Assembly (NCBI GenBank): GCA_032718475.1
Contig: JAUCBJ010001166.1
Location: 86,254-150,253 of the forward strand
Length of the DNA: 64,000 nucleotides
Direction of reading: 5' to 3'
Source of the DNA: Nemertoderma westbladi
Taxonomy: Eukaryota; Animalia; Xenacoelomorpha
Position numbers and translations under genes: made by a program. Each line of letters begins with the position of its first letter. Positions within the stretch are counted from its first letter, which is position 1. Below the pieces are notes generated by a model. The model did not search any database, was not told the DNA's origin, and saw only the letters and a list, made by a program, of their open reading frames with translations. Shown in pieces: positions 9,818-22,420 of this stretch.

Positions 9818-12537
9818 GTATGCGTAATAAACCATAATGCTCCTCATATTGTCATATTATATACTTTTTAGTTGAAATGGTACAAAAAGGACTTGAGCTA
9901 TGTCAAACCAGTTTCACTAGATGCTGAGAAAGATTTCCAGAACAGACACCCGCTACTCATTAATTTGAATGAATACGAGACTTTTATGACGTTGTTTGGA
10001 GACAATATGGTTGACCTTTTGGTTGAGGAGACAAATAGATATGCTAGAAATACGAAAAACAAGGTTGGTCAATATTCAAAATTATTTCATACATATATGT
10101 TTTTATAATATTAATTCCAAATCGATTACAAATTTTGAAATAAATAAGGGTGTGGGGGGGGGGGGGGTAGTATTTAATTTAGTATTTCTATTAATACAAA
10201 TTATTATTAGTATTGTTAGTCAAAAGATACAATAAACATTTCAATAAAATACAAAATACTGTAATGAAAAGATTACTAACACCACATATATACATACTGT
10301 ATGTGTGTGGTATATTTGAATTATAGGTTGGGTTCAAAGTAACCAAATATGAAATGTCTAGCTTTATTGGAATTATTCTTTTATCTGGATATAACCAACG
10401 ACCTAATCAAAGAATGTACTGGTCTAATGATCTTGATGTCTCGTGTCCAATAGTGTTAAATTGTATGTCTAGAAACCGATTTCTGGAAATCAAAAGTGTC
10501 TTCCATGCGGCTGATAATCAAAATTTAGGCCCTGAAAGAATGGCTAAGAAGGTTTTACCGCTCTACGATCTGTTAAATAAGAAACTCAGTGAAATTGGAA
10601 CAATTTCATCAAATATCTCCATTGATGAATCAATGCTTCCTTACTACGGCCCCCATTCCTGTAAGCAATTTATCAAGGGCAAGCCCTATAGGTAAGTTAA
10701 CATAAATTTAATTTTCTTGTCAGATACTGAAATATGAATATTTCTGCTAATATCATATACATTACTTCTATATACTGGTACAAATTTAAATATAATAAAA
10801 AAATATAATATTTATATAATATTATTATATTATGTTATTATTATTATATATTATATTATTATTATATATGTAGCACCTATATATATATACCTGTATAGAA
10901 CTAAAATATGGATATAATTAAAATATTAATAATATTTAATTTAAAATTAACATTGTAAATAAAATAATTGAAAAAAATTAAATTATTTATTTCAATGTAT
11001 ATGATATTCACTTCGTAGGTTTGGATTCAAGCAATGGATTACGGCAAGTGCTACTGGGTTTCCATACCATGTGGTGATATATGAAGGGAAGGCTGGTACA
11101 TCGAATGTCAATCGGCCTCTTGGCACAAGAGTTATCCTTGAGGGACTCGAGTCACTGAAGTTGACAGATCCTGGAGAATATCACGTTTACTTTGATAACT
11201 TTTTTACTAGTTACGATCTTTTGTGTAATCTTAGTGACCTAGGCTATAAAGCCACTGGCACTGTACGGGCTAATAGGACGAAGAATTGCCCCCTTACAAA
11301 CGTGCCAGTGATGAAAAAATTGAAACGTGGGAGCTATGACTATAGAAATAGCGGTACTGTATGTTTCGTACGATGGAATGATAATCCAGTGGTCACCATA
11401 GGAAGTAATGCATTTGGTGTAGCCCCATTACAGAATGCCAAACGGTGGGTGAAGGGGGTGGGTACAACTGATATAGAACAACCATACGTTATTCATAGTT
11501 ATAACCAGAACATGGGGGGTGTGGACTTGTTGGACCGGGCACTGGCCACCTTTCGTCCTACCATATTTTCAAAGAAATGGTATTTCGGTCTACTAATAAA
11601 TGCAATAAATATTGCAATGGTGGCATCTTGGCGTATTAGACGCCTTATAGACGACAAGAAAACTAAACTCAAACAAATAGATTTCTGGCGTGCAGTGGTG
11701 CCATCACTGATTAGGGTGACCCAAAGGGGTGGCGAAAGCCCGTACTTGAATCGCGTGCCCCACAGTGTCCCTCAGAATGTTCGGTTTGACCATATAGGTC
11801 ATTCTAGGGTATCTGGTCCAGTTCGTAAGAGTCGGTTGTGCATGGTGAGCTGTAGGTTGCAGTGTGTAAAGTGTGGAATCCCTCTCCATGGCGGTTGCTT
11901 CGATCAATACCATGGTTGGTTGTAGATATATTGTATTGGAATATGGTATTCTATCATTATTTGAAATATTTCATATTTCATTTTACTTATCTCATTTCTT
12001 ATTTCATTTCATATAACTCTTATCAATGGAATGGGTCTTTGTATTTTTTGTTATAGCTATACGTTTATACTATGATTTTTGATGTTTGAAAGATTATATT
12101 TACTTTCTATTTGCGCAGTGAATGCACTATCCTAATCTCATAAAATTAATATTTGAAATATCGGGCGAGGGGGGGGGGGGGGGGGGGCACTACAAGCACT
12201 ACATTGAAATTGTTAACTCAATAATTTTAAATTAAAAACTTTTTTTAACATTTGCTTATGCTTATACTCCATTCTACACCCACCAAAGTAGTTATTAACA
12301 TCAACAATATTGCAATAAGTGTATCATTTACAAACAAATTGGTGTTATTTTTATTAATATATAAATACCTCCATAGCGCCCAAGTACTACATTTGTACCC
12401 TACCTAATAAATCGAGATTGGTTAAAGTTTTGATACTGTTGTTGAAACTACGTTTAAGTTAGACCATTTGGACTTAGTTCTGAAAATATGAATGAATTAC
12501 CTCGAGTTTTTCGATGTCTGGGTTTTGCTGGGTTAAT
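9818..12537 (+). mobile_element. piggyBac DNA transposon, right portion with terminus ...CTGGG|TTAA
   Basis: Ends GGG-TTAA at 12531-12537. Penelope 3' UTR sequence resumes at that TTAA, matching the uninterrupted site at 362-365. Confidence 0.8.
9872..11925 (+). CDS. piggyBac (PGBD3-like) transposase, spliced, 5'-truncated; exons 9872-10063, 10327-10691, 11019-11925
   Basis: GT-AG introns 10064-10326 (phase 0) and 10692-11018 (phase 2) join KNK|VGFKVTKYEM and KPYR|FGFKQW in frame. DDD triad SIDESM, FDNFF, GGVDLLD; C-terminal Cys-rich domain. An upstream intron-like stretch lies at 9818-9871. Confidence 0.88.
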
Positions 12538-12719
12538 ACTCAAGTTCATTTATAACTAAATAATAATACCGCTTACATGTGTTAATAATAGGCCGTGCCA
12601 CCTGAAGGTTTCTATATATCATTTCATTATATCAATTGGTGCAATAATCAGTATAGCAGTAGCAGTAGTTCATAGGAAGTAGTGCGTATAGTTTCAGTAG
12701 TGTGGTAGTACAGTCTAGT
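12534..12719 (+). mobile_element. Penelope 3' UTR/pLTR (right outer arm, part 1)
   Basis: Reverse complement of about 191-365. Confidence 0.85.
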
Positions 12720-15700
12720 CGGATATGCGGTTCTTATGTAAACCTAAAAACAACACAACGTGGGAGGATCCTTCGTGAGGATTCTCCCACACCGGGCGTA
12801 GGCGTTCCAACATTAGTATATAGAAAGTGGAGCTTACTCGGGGCGTTTTACAACTTCCTAGGAATTATATTCTCTGAAATTTGCCACGTTTGTAGTTTTT
12901 GTTACTCTAAGAATTTTGTACGGTTTTGTTTTTTCAATTTAGTTTCCCAACATTTCCAAATTGGCCACCAAATGTGGATTTTTGCCCCAATTAGGAAACT
13001 TCTAGCACTAAATGATTAAATTCGGAGTGAAGGCGACTGAAATCTTCAAATGTTCTCCAGAGACTTTGTGCGCGGATAAATTTGCAAGTTTCATTAAAAA
13101 ATTTCGTTTAGCCAAATTTGGCCATTTTGGCCACATTTTAATTTTACCCAAAAATTATCAAAATGGTAAATTTTTACATTGTTTTCTCGCTATCACCAAA
13201 GCAGCTTGGCCATTTCAATTGAAACTCATACCGAATACATATCCAATACAGTTGTTCATCGGGTCAAAATATTGGCCAAAAATATTTAACAGTATGCCAA
13301 TAATTTAACTTTTGGCCAATTTTGGGCCAAATTTGGATATTTTTGACAATTTTTAAATCGTTATAACTCTGTATCTTTTAATTAGAAGGAAACCGTTCCA
13401 CTTGCGTTATATAGAGGGAAGATGGGAGTTCCATTACTGTTATTGATATTGTGCGTTGCCTGAATATTAAGGGCCGGAAATTGGGGCCGAAAAATGGTAA
13501 TTTTGGAAGTTGACAAAATAGGTTTTGGTAGAAAGTGGTTTTCTCCGAATTGTCTGCTTATATTTTTCTGAAACTTTAACATCACAGATGGATAAGATAG
13601 CTCTACATTTTATCCATTTAATCTTAATACAAAAAGTTTTTGCTTCTTGTAGTAAATAAGGGCCAAACTTAGGAAATCTGTATTTTCTTGAAATTTAGCC
13701 TAAAATTAGGCACTCAAAATGCGATATATCGGCTTAAATTGCATTTTTCCGTAAATCCTTCAAATTAGTTTCTTAGAATTGCTTTGGGCACATCCGTACC
13801 AAATTTCATGAAAATCTGAGCAAGTTAAGTATTTTTGGAAGTTTAACAAATTTTGGCGAAATTTTTTTTCATTTTTTCATTTTTTTTATTTTAGCTTCAG
13901 ATTACCTCAAAATATACTATATAGGTACATTTTGGTGTGCTGAATCCGAATATTCATGCCATTTTCGATTTCAACGTTGTGTGTAGGTATGACAGACAAA
14001 TAAAAAAAGTCCGTTAAATGACCGTCTTTTTGAAAGTCTGAGGTTTAGTTTAATAACTTCCTAGGAATTATATTTTCTAAAACTGTGCTCAATTAAAGAA
14101 CGTTTTAGGATAAGAAAAATAACACTGGCAACAATTTATATGAGTTGGCCCAACCCACCCAATTTTACTCCAAACAGTCAAATTTTCACTGATTTTTAAC
14201 GAAATTAACCAATTTTCACCATAAAATTACATATTTATCAAAAATAAAACAACTTCCTAGGAATTATATTTTTTTTAACTTTGGTCATTTATAGAACATG
14301 ATAGTAGAACAAAATTGACATATTCCAAAATTTTCAAGAGTTGCACGAACCTGGTCAATTTTGTGGTCAAATCTGGCCTACGTAGCCACAATTTGGCAAT
14401 TCCCGGCTCTTAAACTCTTATAGTTTAAAAATCATACCGATTATAAATATATTGAGTATAGCAATTGTAAACGCATTAATTACCGTACGTAACAATGAAA
14501 ATTTCATCGAATACGGTCTTGTTGCACCAGAGTTACAGCGATTTTTATAATTGCACATCATATTAAAAATTTCATTATTGTTGTATTATTTAACCATTTT
14601 GAAATTCCCTCCATAAATCCATTTGAATATCATAACATGATGGCCTACATCAAACACAACCAAAGCCAACCAATGGTACAGCTCTAGCCAATAACAGATA
14701 ATTTGTATCCTAGCGACGGCAACACTTTTTGTAGTGTGAGGCAGGGACAAGGCGCCTTGGGCAAGAATAATGAACTCACAGCTGGCTGTGTAGCAGTTAC
14801 TGGTAGTGTTGCATTTTATATACCGGTCTGCCCCTCCACTGGAACGCCTGCTGGAGTACTGCAGTAGCGTACCACCGCCCGTACTTTCACAGACCTTACT
14901 ACAGTAGGCCTACCTCAGTACCTGCCTACTATCAGCTATACATTCCACTTGTATTCTAGGCTTGTCTGCATGTTAGCAGGTTTGGTACGGCTGTATGCAG
15001 GCAGCAGGTATGGTCTGACGGTTGTTGTATAATTAAATTTAGGCCTATTTCAGTATTTCATTTATTATTTGTAAATTTTTAGTGAGCCTAATACCGTGAT
15101 TGTACTAGGCCTAGCATTTTTCTTTTTTCATGTTATTTCAGTAACCAATCCACATTCACCCATTTGGCTAATAACCTCAGGATTTTAGTAAACTCAGGAG
15201 TCCGACTTCCCTCTGAAGCTCTGATCTAAGTTCCACCTACCTACCTACTGCTTATTTTATACAATCTGCCTGCATTATAGGCCTACTGCAGTTCTAAACT
15301 TCAAGTTCGGAAGTTGTAATTCTTATATCCGAGGATCCCTATGAGGTGAGGATCACTTGCAGCGTATCCTAACAAATCGTCTCCTTCTGCATATCTGCAT
15401 ATAGATCACTGCTGAGTCTTCAACGTTTACGACACAAACTGGCGGACTGGGTGCCAGCACGTTTGAGATAACATTCTCGCATATCTCTGGACGGCCAAGG
15501 TCGAGAGAGGGTCGTACCGGAACTCTATCATCGCGACTTCAGCCCTTCGCCTCGTTTCTCCGACGCAATGCTGAAAGATGCAAAAGTGCGCCTACTGGGC
15601 ATGCTCGAATCAGGTGGGAAAACTACCTGACTACCGGTAGTTCCAATCGCATTGTACGTATACGTAAGCAGGACTTCGCTAAAAGCAAACATGCAGGTGA

Positions 15701-17514
15701 AACTAAAGGGACTTCGTGGTATCGGTACGATTACAGCGCGTGGTTTATGGTACTTGCAACGTTTACCGGATGAAATCTTAGGCTCTAGAATCAGCGGCAT
15801 GAAATACTGAAATACAAAGAGCAAAACTTCCCAGCAATTCAATGCAACAGCAAGCGATGAGTTATAATGGGTAGCGTTCCGGAGCGAGTTGGGATCCCCA
15901 GTTTAAATTCGCGAGTGGTTCGGGTCCATCAGTCGACCAGACATGCTTTGGTTCGTTGAGTTTTTAACTTTCATGTCTTCGTTTCATCCAAACCGCATCG
16001 GGGTAGGGATACCAAACCACTGCGTTATTTAATGCTTTTTAATTTTGTTATTGTCTATCGATTGACTTATAGATAACCTGTGCCTATTTTCAGTTACTGT
16101 GTTAACAGTTATGACTTCGTATTGGTTTAAATGTATGCCCATGTATTAATTATTTGTGGTCCTATTGTATATTGCCATGAGCAGAAATTATTTTATTAAT
16201 TGAACAAATTAAATTCACAATTTAGTATTGAATCTTTAATATATTATACTAAATAATAATAATATTTATTATTATGTAAATATATTAATAGTATAAACAG
16301 CTATAGCTATATACCATAACTATATTGTTATATTTCATAATTAAAATTTGTTTAATAAATTTTTTTGCATTTTATAGAAATACTGATATATTTTTTTAGC
16401 GTATTTACAAAAGCAAATAATATAAAGGTGCTTTTGTGATAATTATGCAAATAAATTTTTTATTTTAATGCAAATACTTACAGTAATATTAACCAAGTAT
16501 TTTGTTAAACAGTAAAATTTAGTTTTCATTCTTTGATAAATTTTTTTGTTGGTTTTAAATAAAATTTGAAATATTTTTGGTACTAAACAAGATCCCCAAT
16601 GTTCCGTCAACACCTTGGGTTGACGAAAGGGACATTGGGGCTAATCTCTAATAAGGAATTCTACCCCCCCCCCCCCTCCTTACTTTCGGACTAACAATTA
16701 GTAAATTGTGGATTTCAGTTTCCAACAATTCCATTTAAATCGCACTCTTATATGAACAGAACTTCACAGTCTAGTCCAATATTACAATTGTTTGTGAATT
16801 CTAATTGTTTGTGAAACATATATGTTTCATCATAATATGAATTTTTTACAGTTTTGATATTATACTGACATCGTAAATGTTACTGAAAGATGGCACAGCC
16901 GAATTTTATTTAGTAGGTATGGGCCCTGGGCAGCAAACTTGTGGTGCTGTATGTTGGTACAGTACATTAATAGTTGTTATGGGTAAAATTAATTATTGCG
17001 GAATTTCAGAACAGTATCATAATGTTAATAACCTACTGTATTAACTTTATGATGTTTAGGATGCATATTTGGTGTACAGAATCGATAATGGATATACCCT
17101 GTGTTCCTATTAAAGTACTGATAATGTAATAATATATATGATTATTGCTTATTAGTTTTTTTTTAATAATAAAAATAAGATATTAATTATTATAAAACAA
17201 AGAATCTTAATAATGAAATTATTAAGAGTTAATTAAGCCACCGCAAACTGACGTTACAAGGCGGGAAATTGAGACTACTACTAAGACAAACACAGTAACA
17301 TGGACTGGCAGACATGAGTGTGGTTCTATGTACTAATACAGTAATGCGATATTTGTGTAAGTATTTGGGGAGTATCAAGAGAGGTGGGAGAGGCTGATTT
17401 TCCTCTATTGCTGCTGGATTTTCTATTCCTCCGTTTCTATACCGTCCACCCCCCCCCCCCCCCCCCCCCCCCTCTCTGTCTACCACCCTCCCTCCCCTAG
17501 CACCCGCATCCCTT
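12720..17514. mobile_element. Composite insertion of non-coding repeat/DNA-transposon-like sequence splitting the Penelope pLTR
   Basis: The pLTR is broken at CTAGT|TGCTTG (12719 / 17515). Hairpin GTGGGAGGATCCT-TCGTG-AGGATTCTCCCAC at 12760-12790 and a repeated AACTTCCTAGGAATTATATT motif. No recognisable ORF. Confidence 0.5.
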
Positions 17515-17650
17515 GTTGCTTGAATAAAAGGCTGTTGGCCGAAATATCGCAACAAACTTATATTTTATATGTCACAAGTATTGGTCTTCACCACACCTAT
17601 ATTGACAATATGATTATACAGTGACCTGGGCACGGAACTACCTATTACGA
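17515..17650 (+). mobile_element. Penelope pLTR (right outer arm, part 2) with hammerhead-like motif at 17515-17553
   Basis: Reverse complement of 96-192; extends to CAGTGACCTGGGCACGGAA as in 6821-6840. Confidence 0.85.
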
Positions 17651-18585
17651 TCGATAGGTAAAGGCTATTAAGCCGTATTAGCTGATAACTAAAAAATAAG
17701 TAAGAGACCAATATTTTTAAATTATAGACAAATACTTTACTCAAAGGTTCGAATAATCTACTTAAACAGGACCAGTTAATAAAAGCCTTGACAGAGGTCG
17801 TCAAAGGCATTGAACCACTACTAAAAAATTTGGTAAACGTTATGTCTTAGTTAGCACCCAGGTTCAATGCGCTTCGCCACTCAAACAGCAGGAAGTGTTG
17901 GTTTTGATATTCACCAGTTAATTCAGTCTTCCATCATGTTCATGGCAAGACAAAGGCTTTACGTAATTAAATGAGAATCATAAGAAAACTAAACTGAATT
18001 TTTCAGAATTAGAATAGGCAGAAAGTGAACAATAGGTTGTATTAGGCATAAAGGTACCATACAAAAGGACCAAATACAAATACTTCAGAAACTTTCGCCA
18101 TACCATAGGAGCAGCCTTTGTACCAATTCGAAAGGTATTCAAATGTACTAGAGTAAGCATTATCACGATTACAACTAGATTCCAGGGGTGACTCAGGTGA
18201 CGAATGTGTGTTACATGTTTGTTTTCTTTTTCAGCCAAGATCTAAAAATTTATAAAATGTGCGCCCAGGCTAATTATGGTATGTAGTAATTATAGCCGCC
18301 CAGATAGGGTTAAGGATGTTCGTTTAGTGTCTTTTTGACAACATCATTTCAATCAAAAAAACCTCATTTGAAGTCAAAAAAAGCTAACGTAATGACACTA
18401 GATAACATGCGAGTTTACAAATATAAAAAAGTTAAAATTATAACAAACGCATGTCGTTTTCTATTTTCATTGCAGTCCAGAATACTTATTGTACCGGTAT
18501 AATAAATTTAGGATTGCCATGGTTATTTCATTTACATGTTGAGCATTCTAGTTGTTTCCCCTAATGTACAAGTATAATGTTTTAC

Positions 18586-18774
18586 CTTAATGTTAACCTT
18601 ATTAAATTAGTGTAGCAGATGGTAAAACTGGGGACTAGGATTTCTGATTTATTGTTTAACAGATGTGATGCAAGCACTGAGGATGTTTCTTCCATGAAAT
18701 ATATGGAGAAGACTTGGGTGAGTTGAAAACTACCCAGGCCTATGCAGGTTATAAACAACAATGCCCACAAGATT
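18586..18774 (-). CDS. DEG/ENaC/ASIC-family channel, coding exon 2 (TM1 and post-TM1)
   Basis: TTGCAG acceptor; (R)ILWALLFITCIGLGSFQLTQVFSIYF...LVPSFTICYTNLIR resembles TM1 plus the FPAVTICN motif. GT donor at 18585 or alternatively 18597. Confidence 0.8.
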
Positions 18775-18987
18775 CTGCAATCAATAAAGGGTATAAATAG
18801 TGGTGGATTCGATACTGTATAATCTTATTTACCAATCATATGGCTTATAATATCAAATATGATACGATTTAATATAATTCTATTGTATAGCTTTGCAGCA
18901 ATCGAGATCAATGAGATTCATATCGCATATCAAATATATATGATGATGATGGGATGATGATGGGGTGATATAAATATGATGGGGTGA

Positions 18988-19518
18988 TTCCAGGATTTGG
19001 AAGTCACCGAGAATTAATCGGAAACTTAAGGTCCGATTATTTAGAGCGGCAGTAGTTCCAGTACTCCTCTACGGGAGTCCATGCTAGGCTCTAACTGCTG
19101 AGGACACCAAATCTCTGGATGTCACATTCACAAGAATGCTACGCCGGGTTCATTGTGTCAATTACAATGCACACATCTCCAACCAGACACTATATAACAT
19201 TGGAGGTGTCTCATTGGTACCCCCAAGCTTGACACTAGAACAAAATCGCCTCCGCTTTGCAGGACATTGCTTTCGCCGTGAGGACCAGCCAGTGCATAAT
19301 CTTGTACTTTGGCAGCCTCATGGAGTGAATAAGCATGGTGGACAGCCCATGACTTTCTTGAGACGCATCTTAAAAGACACTGGTCTTGAAGATGCGGATG
19401 ATCTAGCAAATGTCATTTGTGATAGGGAGTTGTGGCGGCGCAATTTTGTCGACAAGCCGGCACAGCATTCTTAAAAATGCAGCTGCAATGCAGCATGGCG
19501 ATCCTAGTAGTAGTAGTA
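18988..19518 (+). mobile_element. RTE-clade LINE 3' fragment, (TAG)n tail
   Basis: Near-identical to 9283-9817. Confidence 0.85.
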
Positions 19519-19599
19519 TATGGCTTATAATATCATATCAAATACCTATCATAGAGGTATGTAGATTCATCATTCCAAAACAGTAACCAACTATCAACT

Positions 19600-20300
19600 A
19601 TCTCCTCTCTGTACTTGTATTGCATGTATATAGGTGAAGGTTGTGTCTTGGATCTTATGCTCATACGATCAGACATAACTATAATCATCGAAGTTAATTC
19701 TTCTACCTTCTACTTTCTACCTCTTCTCGAGTAAAAAACCAACGCCAATATGCAATATGCTCCTTTGAGCTGAAAAACCATTGGGCTCCCTCTAGTTATT
19801 CTGAGAGTACTCCTAAGCCATTAGCTAGATATACTCGACTTCTGAGCCAATAGGTTGTGTTACCATTTACCCCATGGTGGTCATGATAGGGGGATGCGAC
19901 AACATAATCCACCACTATTATGAATAAGAATGGTGCAACTGTTTCCAATTGGAGGACTCCCCATAAAACTTCAGAAGGATTATCGTGTCACAATCAGCAG
20001 TAGACATAAATGTTGTGGAACCATCATAAAGTATTCTGATTGCTATAATAATCCCATTTGCTGCAAGTATGTTGAACATACTTGATCCACCTTCGGAATA
20101 AAGGCATAAAAAGAGTCAACAAAGACAATCTCCAGATGTCTCTCTATCATTGAGGACAACCTTTAATTTATCTTTCTAATAACCAGAATAGACTCCATGG
20201 TTTCATGACCTATGGACACCATTATGGAACCCAATCTGGTTCCCATATAATAGTCTCTCAACGGGAACCCTGATGAAAATGTAATGGAATATATTAGGTT
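19600..20300 (-). pseudogene. Old, heavily decayed RTE-like RT remnant
   Basis: Minus-strand translation MFNILAANGIIIAIRILYDGSTTFMSTADCDT resembles MLEILRAYGIP...LYCDTEAQVLSPDGET of the RTE at 63414-63520. Confidence 0.55.
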
Positions 20301-20620
20301 CTATTCAATATAACTGATTCCCAAGATGTCGTTTCTTCTATCAGTAAATAGGTACGCACTTCAAATTATATTTTTTTATGGTTCGGTTAGTACTTTTAAC
20401 TAAGTTATAACTTGACCAGATGAAAGAAGACTTACCATTATATCATCAACAATCTATTATAAAGAATACCGTAGTATAAACCAACTAATCGTGGATGACA
20501 TTAAGTTTACCAGAACATTTATTATCACACCAGAGATATGATTTACCACTGAATCTATTGATTATAGTGATTTGGATATATATTTAAACAAATATTCATA
20601 TATAAAGCAAAGACTCTAAC

Positions 20621-20829
20621 CTTAACGAAACATGTTTATTTTTGTTAACGGCATGCCACAAGCCATGTAAAGTTGTTATTTGAGCCCATTCATAGAAATG
20701 CATCGGTGGTGGTGGTTCCTTCACTAGACCTCCAATGACTTTACTTTCACATACTTCCTCAGTTTCCTTAGTATCAACATGACCCACCTTTATTGGCATT
20801 TCGAATTCACAATCTTTGTGAATGACCAT
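20621..20829 (-). CDS. DEG/ENaC/ASIC-family channel, coding exon 1
   Basis: ...FYEWAQITTLHGLWH...SLR contains the conserved pre-TM1 T-x-HG motif. The AG|GTTAGA phase-2 donor joins in frame to exon 18774 (SL-R-ILW). Start ATG at 20829 or 20799. Confidence 0.8.
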
Positions 20830-21523
20830 CAAAATATTATAATAACTGAACACATATTACATATAATATGATAAAAAAAGACACAAATAAATGATAGTAC
20901 GTTCTCAAATTAGGGATTGGAACGTGTTGTAGTGAAATAATATAATAAAAGTCAATCTAAGGTCAAACTGGATGTCTAACAAGTATAATATTAAATTAGT
21001 GCAAGATCATCTGTTCGACAAATATTCAATTATTAATGTTCTGTACATAAAAATTGTACTTTTTGTGCTAAAAACTGAAAAAACTTAAATGCTCTTCTAA
21101 AAAATATATAAGTGAAGGTCATATTTTTCCTGCCTTGCCATTTCTCCAAAAAGTAGTATAGGTCCCTTCTATGTTGGACATAAATTCACAAATCGATTGA
21201 GAAATGGGAACCATTTATAGATTTATAGATAAAAGATAAAATCAGAATATACCCTATATATATATATATTTATTTTTTTCTTTCTTGGCAAAATTCATTC
21301 TTCAGGTTGGTGATTTCTCTTTGGAGAAATTCGTTTTCCACCATTTCTTTGCATAGTCTAGACTAGTTCAGTTTGACAGAGTCTATGTCTAATTTGAGTT
21401 GGTAATAGTTAGGACTGGAGAATGCTGCTCTTATATTCATACTAAGTTTGTAATAGTTATGAATAGAGGGTACTGCCCGTATATATTCAATTCATTACGA
21501 TGGTAAGAGTCAGGACTGTAGGA

Positions 21524-21800
21524 TAATAAGTAAATTTAACATTTATATTTGTTATTGCAGGCGTTCTTTGGAGTCACACAGCCTTTTAGAGCGCCGGCAT
21601 TATTGTTTCCCCCAGCAAAGCCAGGTTCCTTTTATACCGCTGTGTTGGATAGCGTAAGCACAAAAATCTTCAATCAAGTGTCTTGCCTAGAGGAAACAAC
21701 TGTGTGATATTTCTAAAGCCTTCTTTAGTCGGATTTGAAACTGCGGCGCCAAACACTACTGTGAAAGCAGTTTAGGCGCTGTATCCACCCAGACATTGGG
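21524..21800 (-). mobile_element. tRNA-derived SINE
   Basis: Minus strand has A-box-like GGGTGGATA and B-box-like GTTTCAAATCC, then CORE-like GTTGTTTCCTCTAGGCAAGACACTT and an AT-rich tail. Possible TSD GTAGGA (21518-21523 / 21801-21806). Confidence 0.55.
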
Positions 21801-22189
21801 GTAGGAGGATTGTTGCTCTTATATTCATTAAGTTGGCTCGAGTCAGGTCTTGATTTCATTTGTACCATAATATCTGTGAAAAGAGCAGCCAGCTTCCAGA
21901 TTTGAGACGCTCAGAATTGCATGGGGATGGATGAGCCTGAACTCACTTTCCGATCTCGCTTGGATTTTGATCTAGAGTGTTCAAAGGGGACTTCTAATTG
22001 ACGTTCCTGAGTATACGAGATGGTCAGATATATAAAAATGGGAGAGTGCAACATCATATAGGCACAAAAATGTATCACAATAATAATAATTTCCTGATGG
22101 GCAAAATTAATAAATACCAAATTGAAATCGATACATTTCAACTTTACACCTTAGAAGTGGTGGAATTCTCTTACTCTTATTCTGTAATG

Positions 22190-22420
22190 ATGTGGGGCGA
22201 GCGAAGAAATAAGCGAGCTTAGCAAACGGGTACCACTGTTTCAACCTTTGGTCGGCCTGGTCTGACTGTTGTTCTTTCTAATTGGCTAATGTTTGAAGGT
22301 TAATAAATAAACCCTTTGATGAAATCAAATCCAACTTAACATACTGTATATGTCAGAAGTGCAAAAATTAATTTTTGAATCGGAATTTCTAGACTGCCAC
22401 TAGAGGGCTACATTACATAG
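22190..22420 (+). mobile_element. Helentron/HINE-like non-autonomous element end
   Basis: GTGGGGCGAGCGA...GCGAGCTTAGCA...GGTACCACT head shared with 35374-35420, followed by GTCT-rich sequence. Confidence 0.45.

Noticed and set aside
12702-13585. Short ORFs in the 12.7-13.6 kb region
   Set aside because: F/K/I/N-rich translations typical of AT-rich non-autonomous repeat DNA; no motifs.
15578-15640. THAP-like start MQKCAYWACSN
   Set aside because: Stop after 20 codons and no downstream THAP W/C/H motifs.
17449-17472. Poly-C/poly-G runs (also ~12170, 16665, 35683, 56324, 60068) as functional G-quadruplexes
   Set aside because: Simple homopolymers inside repeats; lengths are unreliable and there is no supporting evidence.
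21720-21800. tRNA gene
   Set aside because: Degenerate A/B boxes, no cloverleaf, followed by a SINE body.
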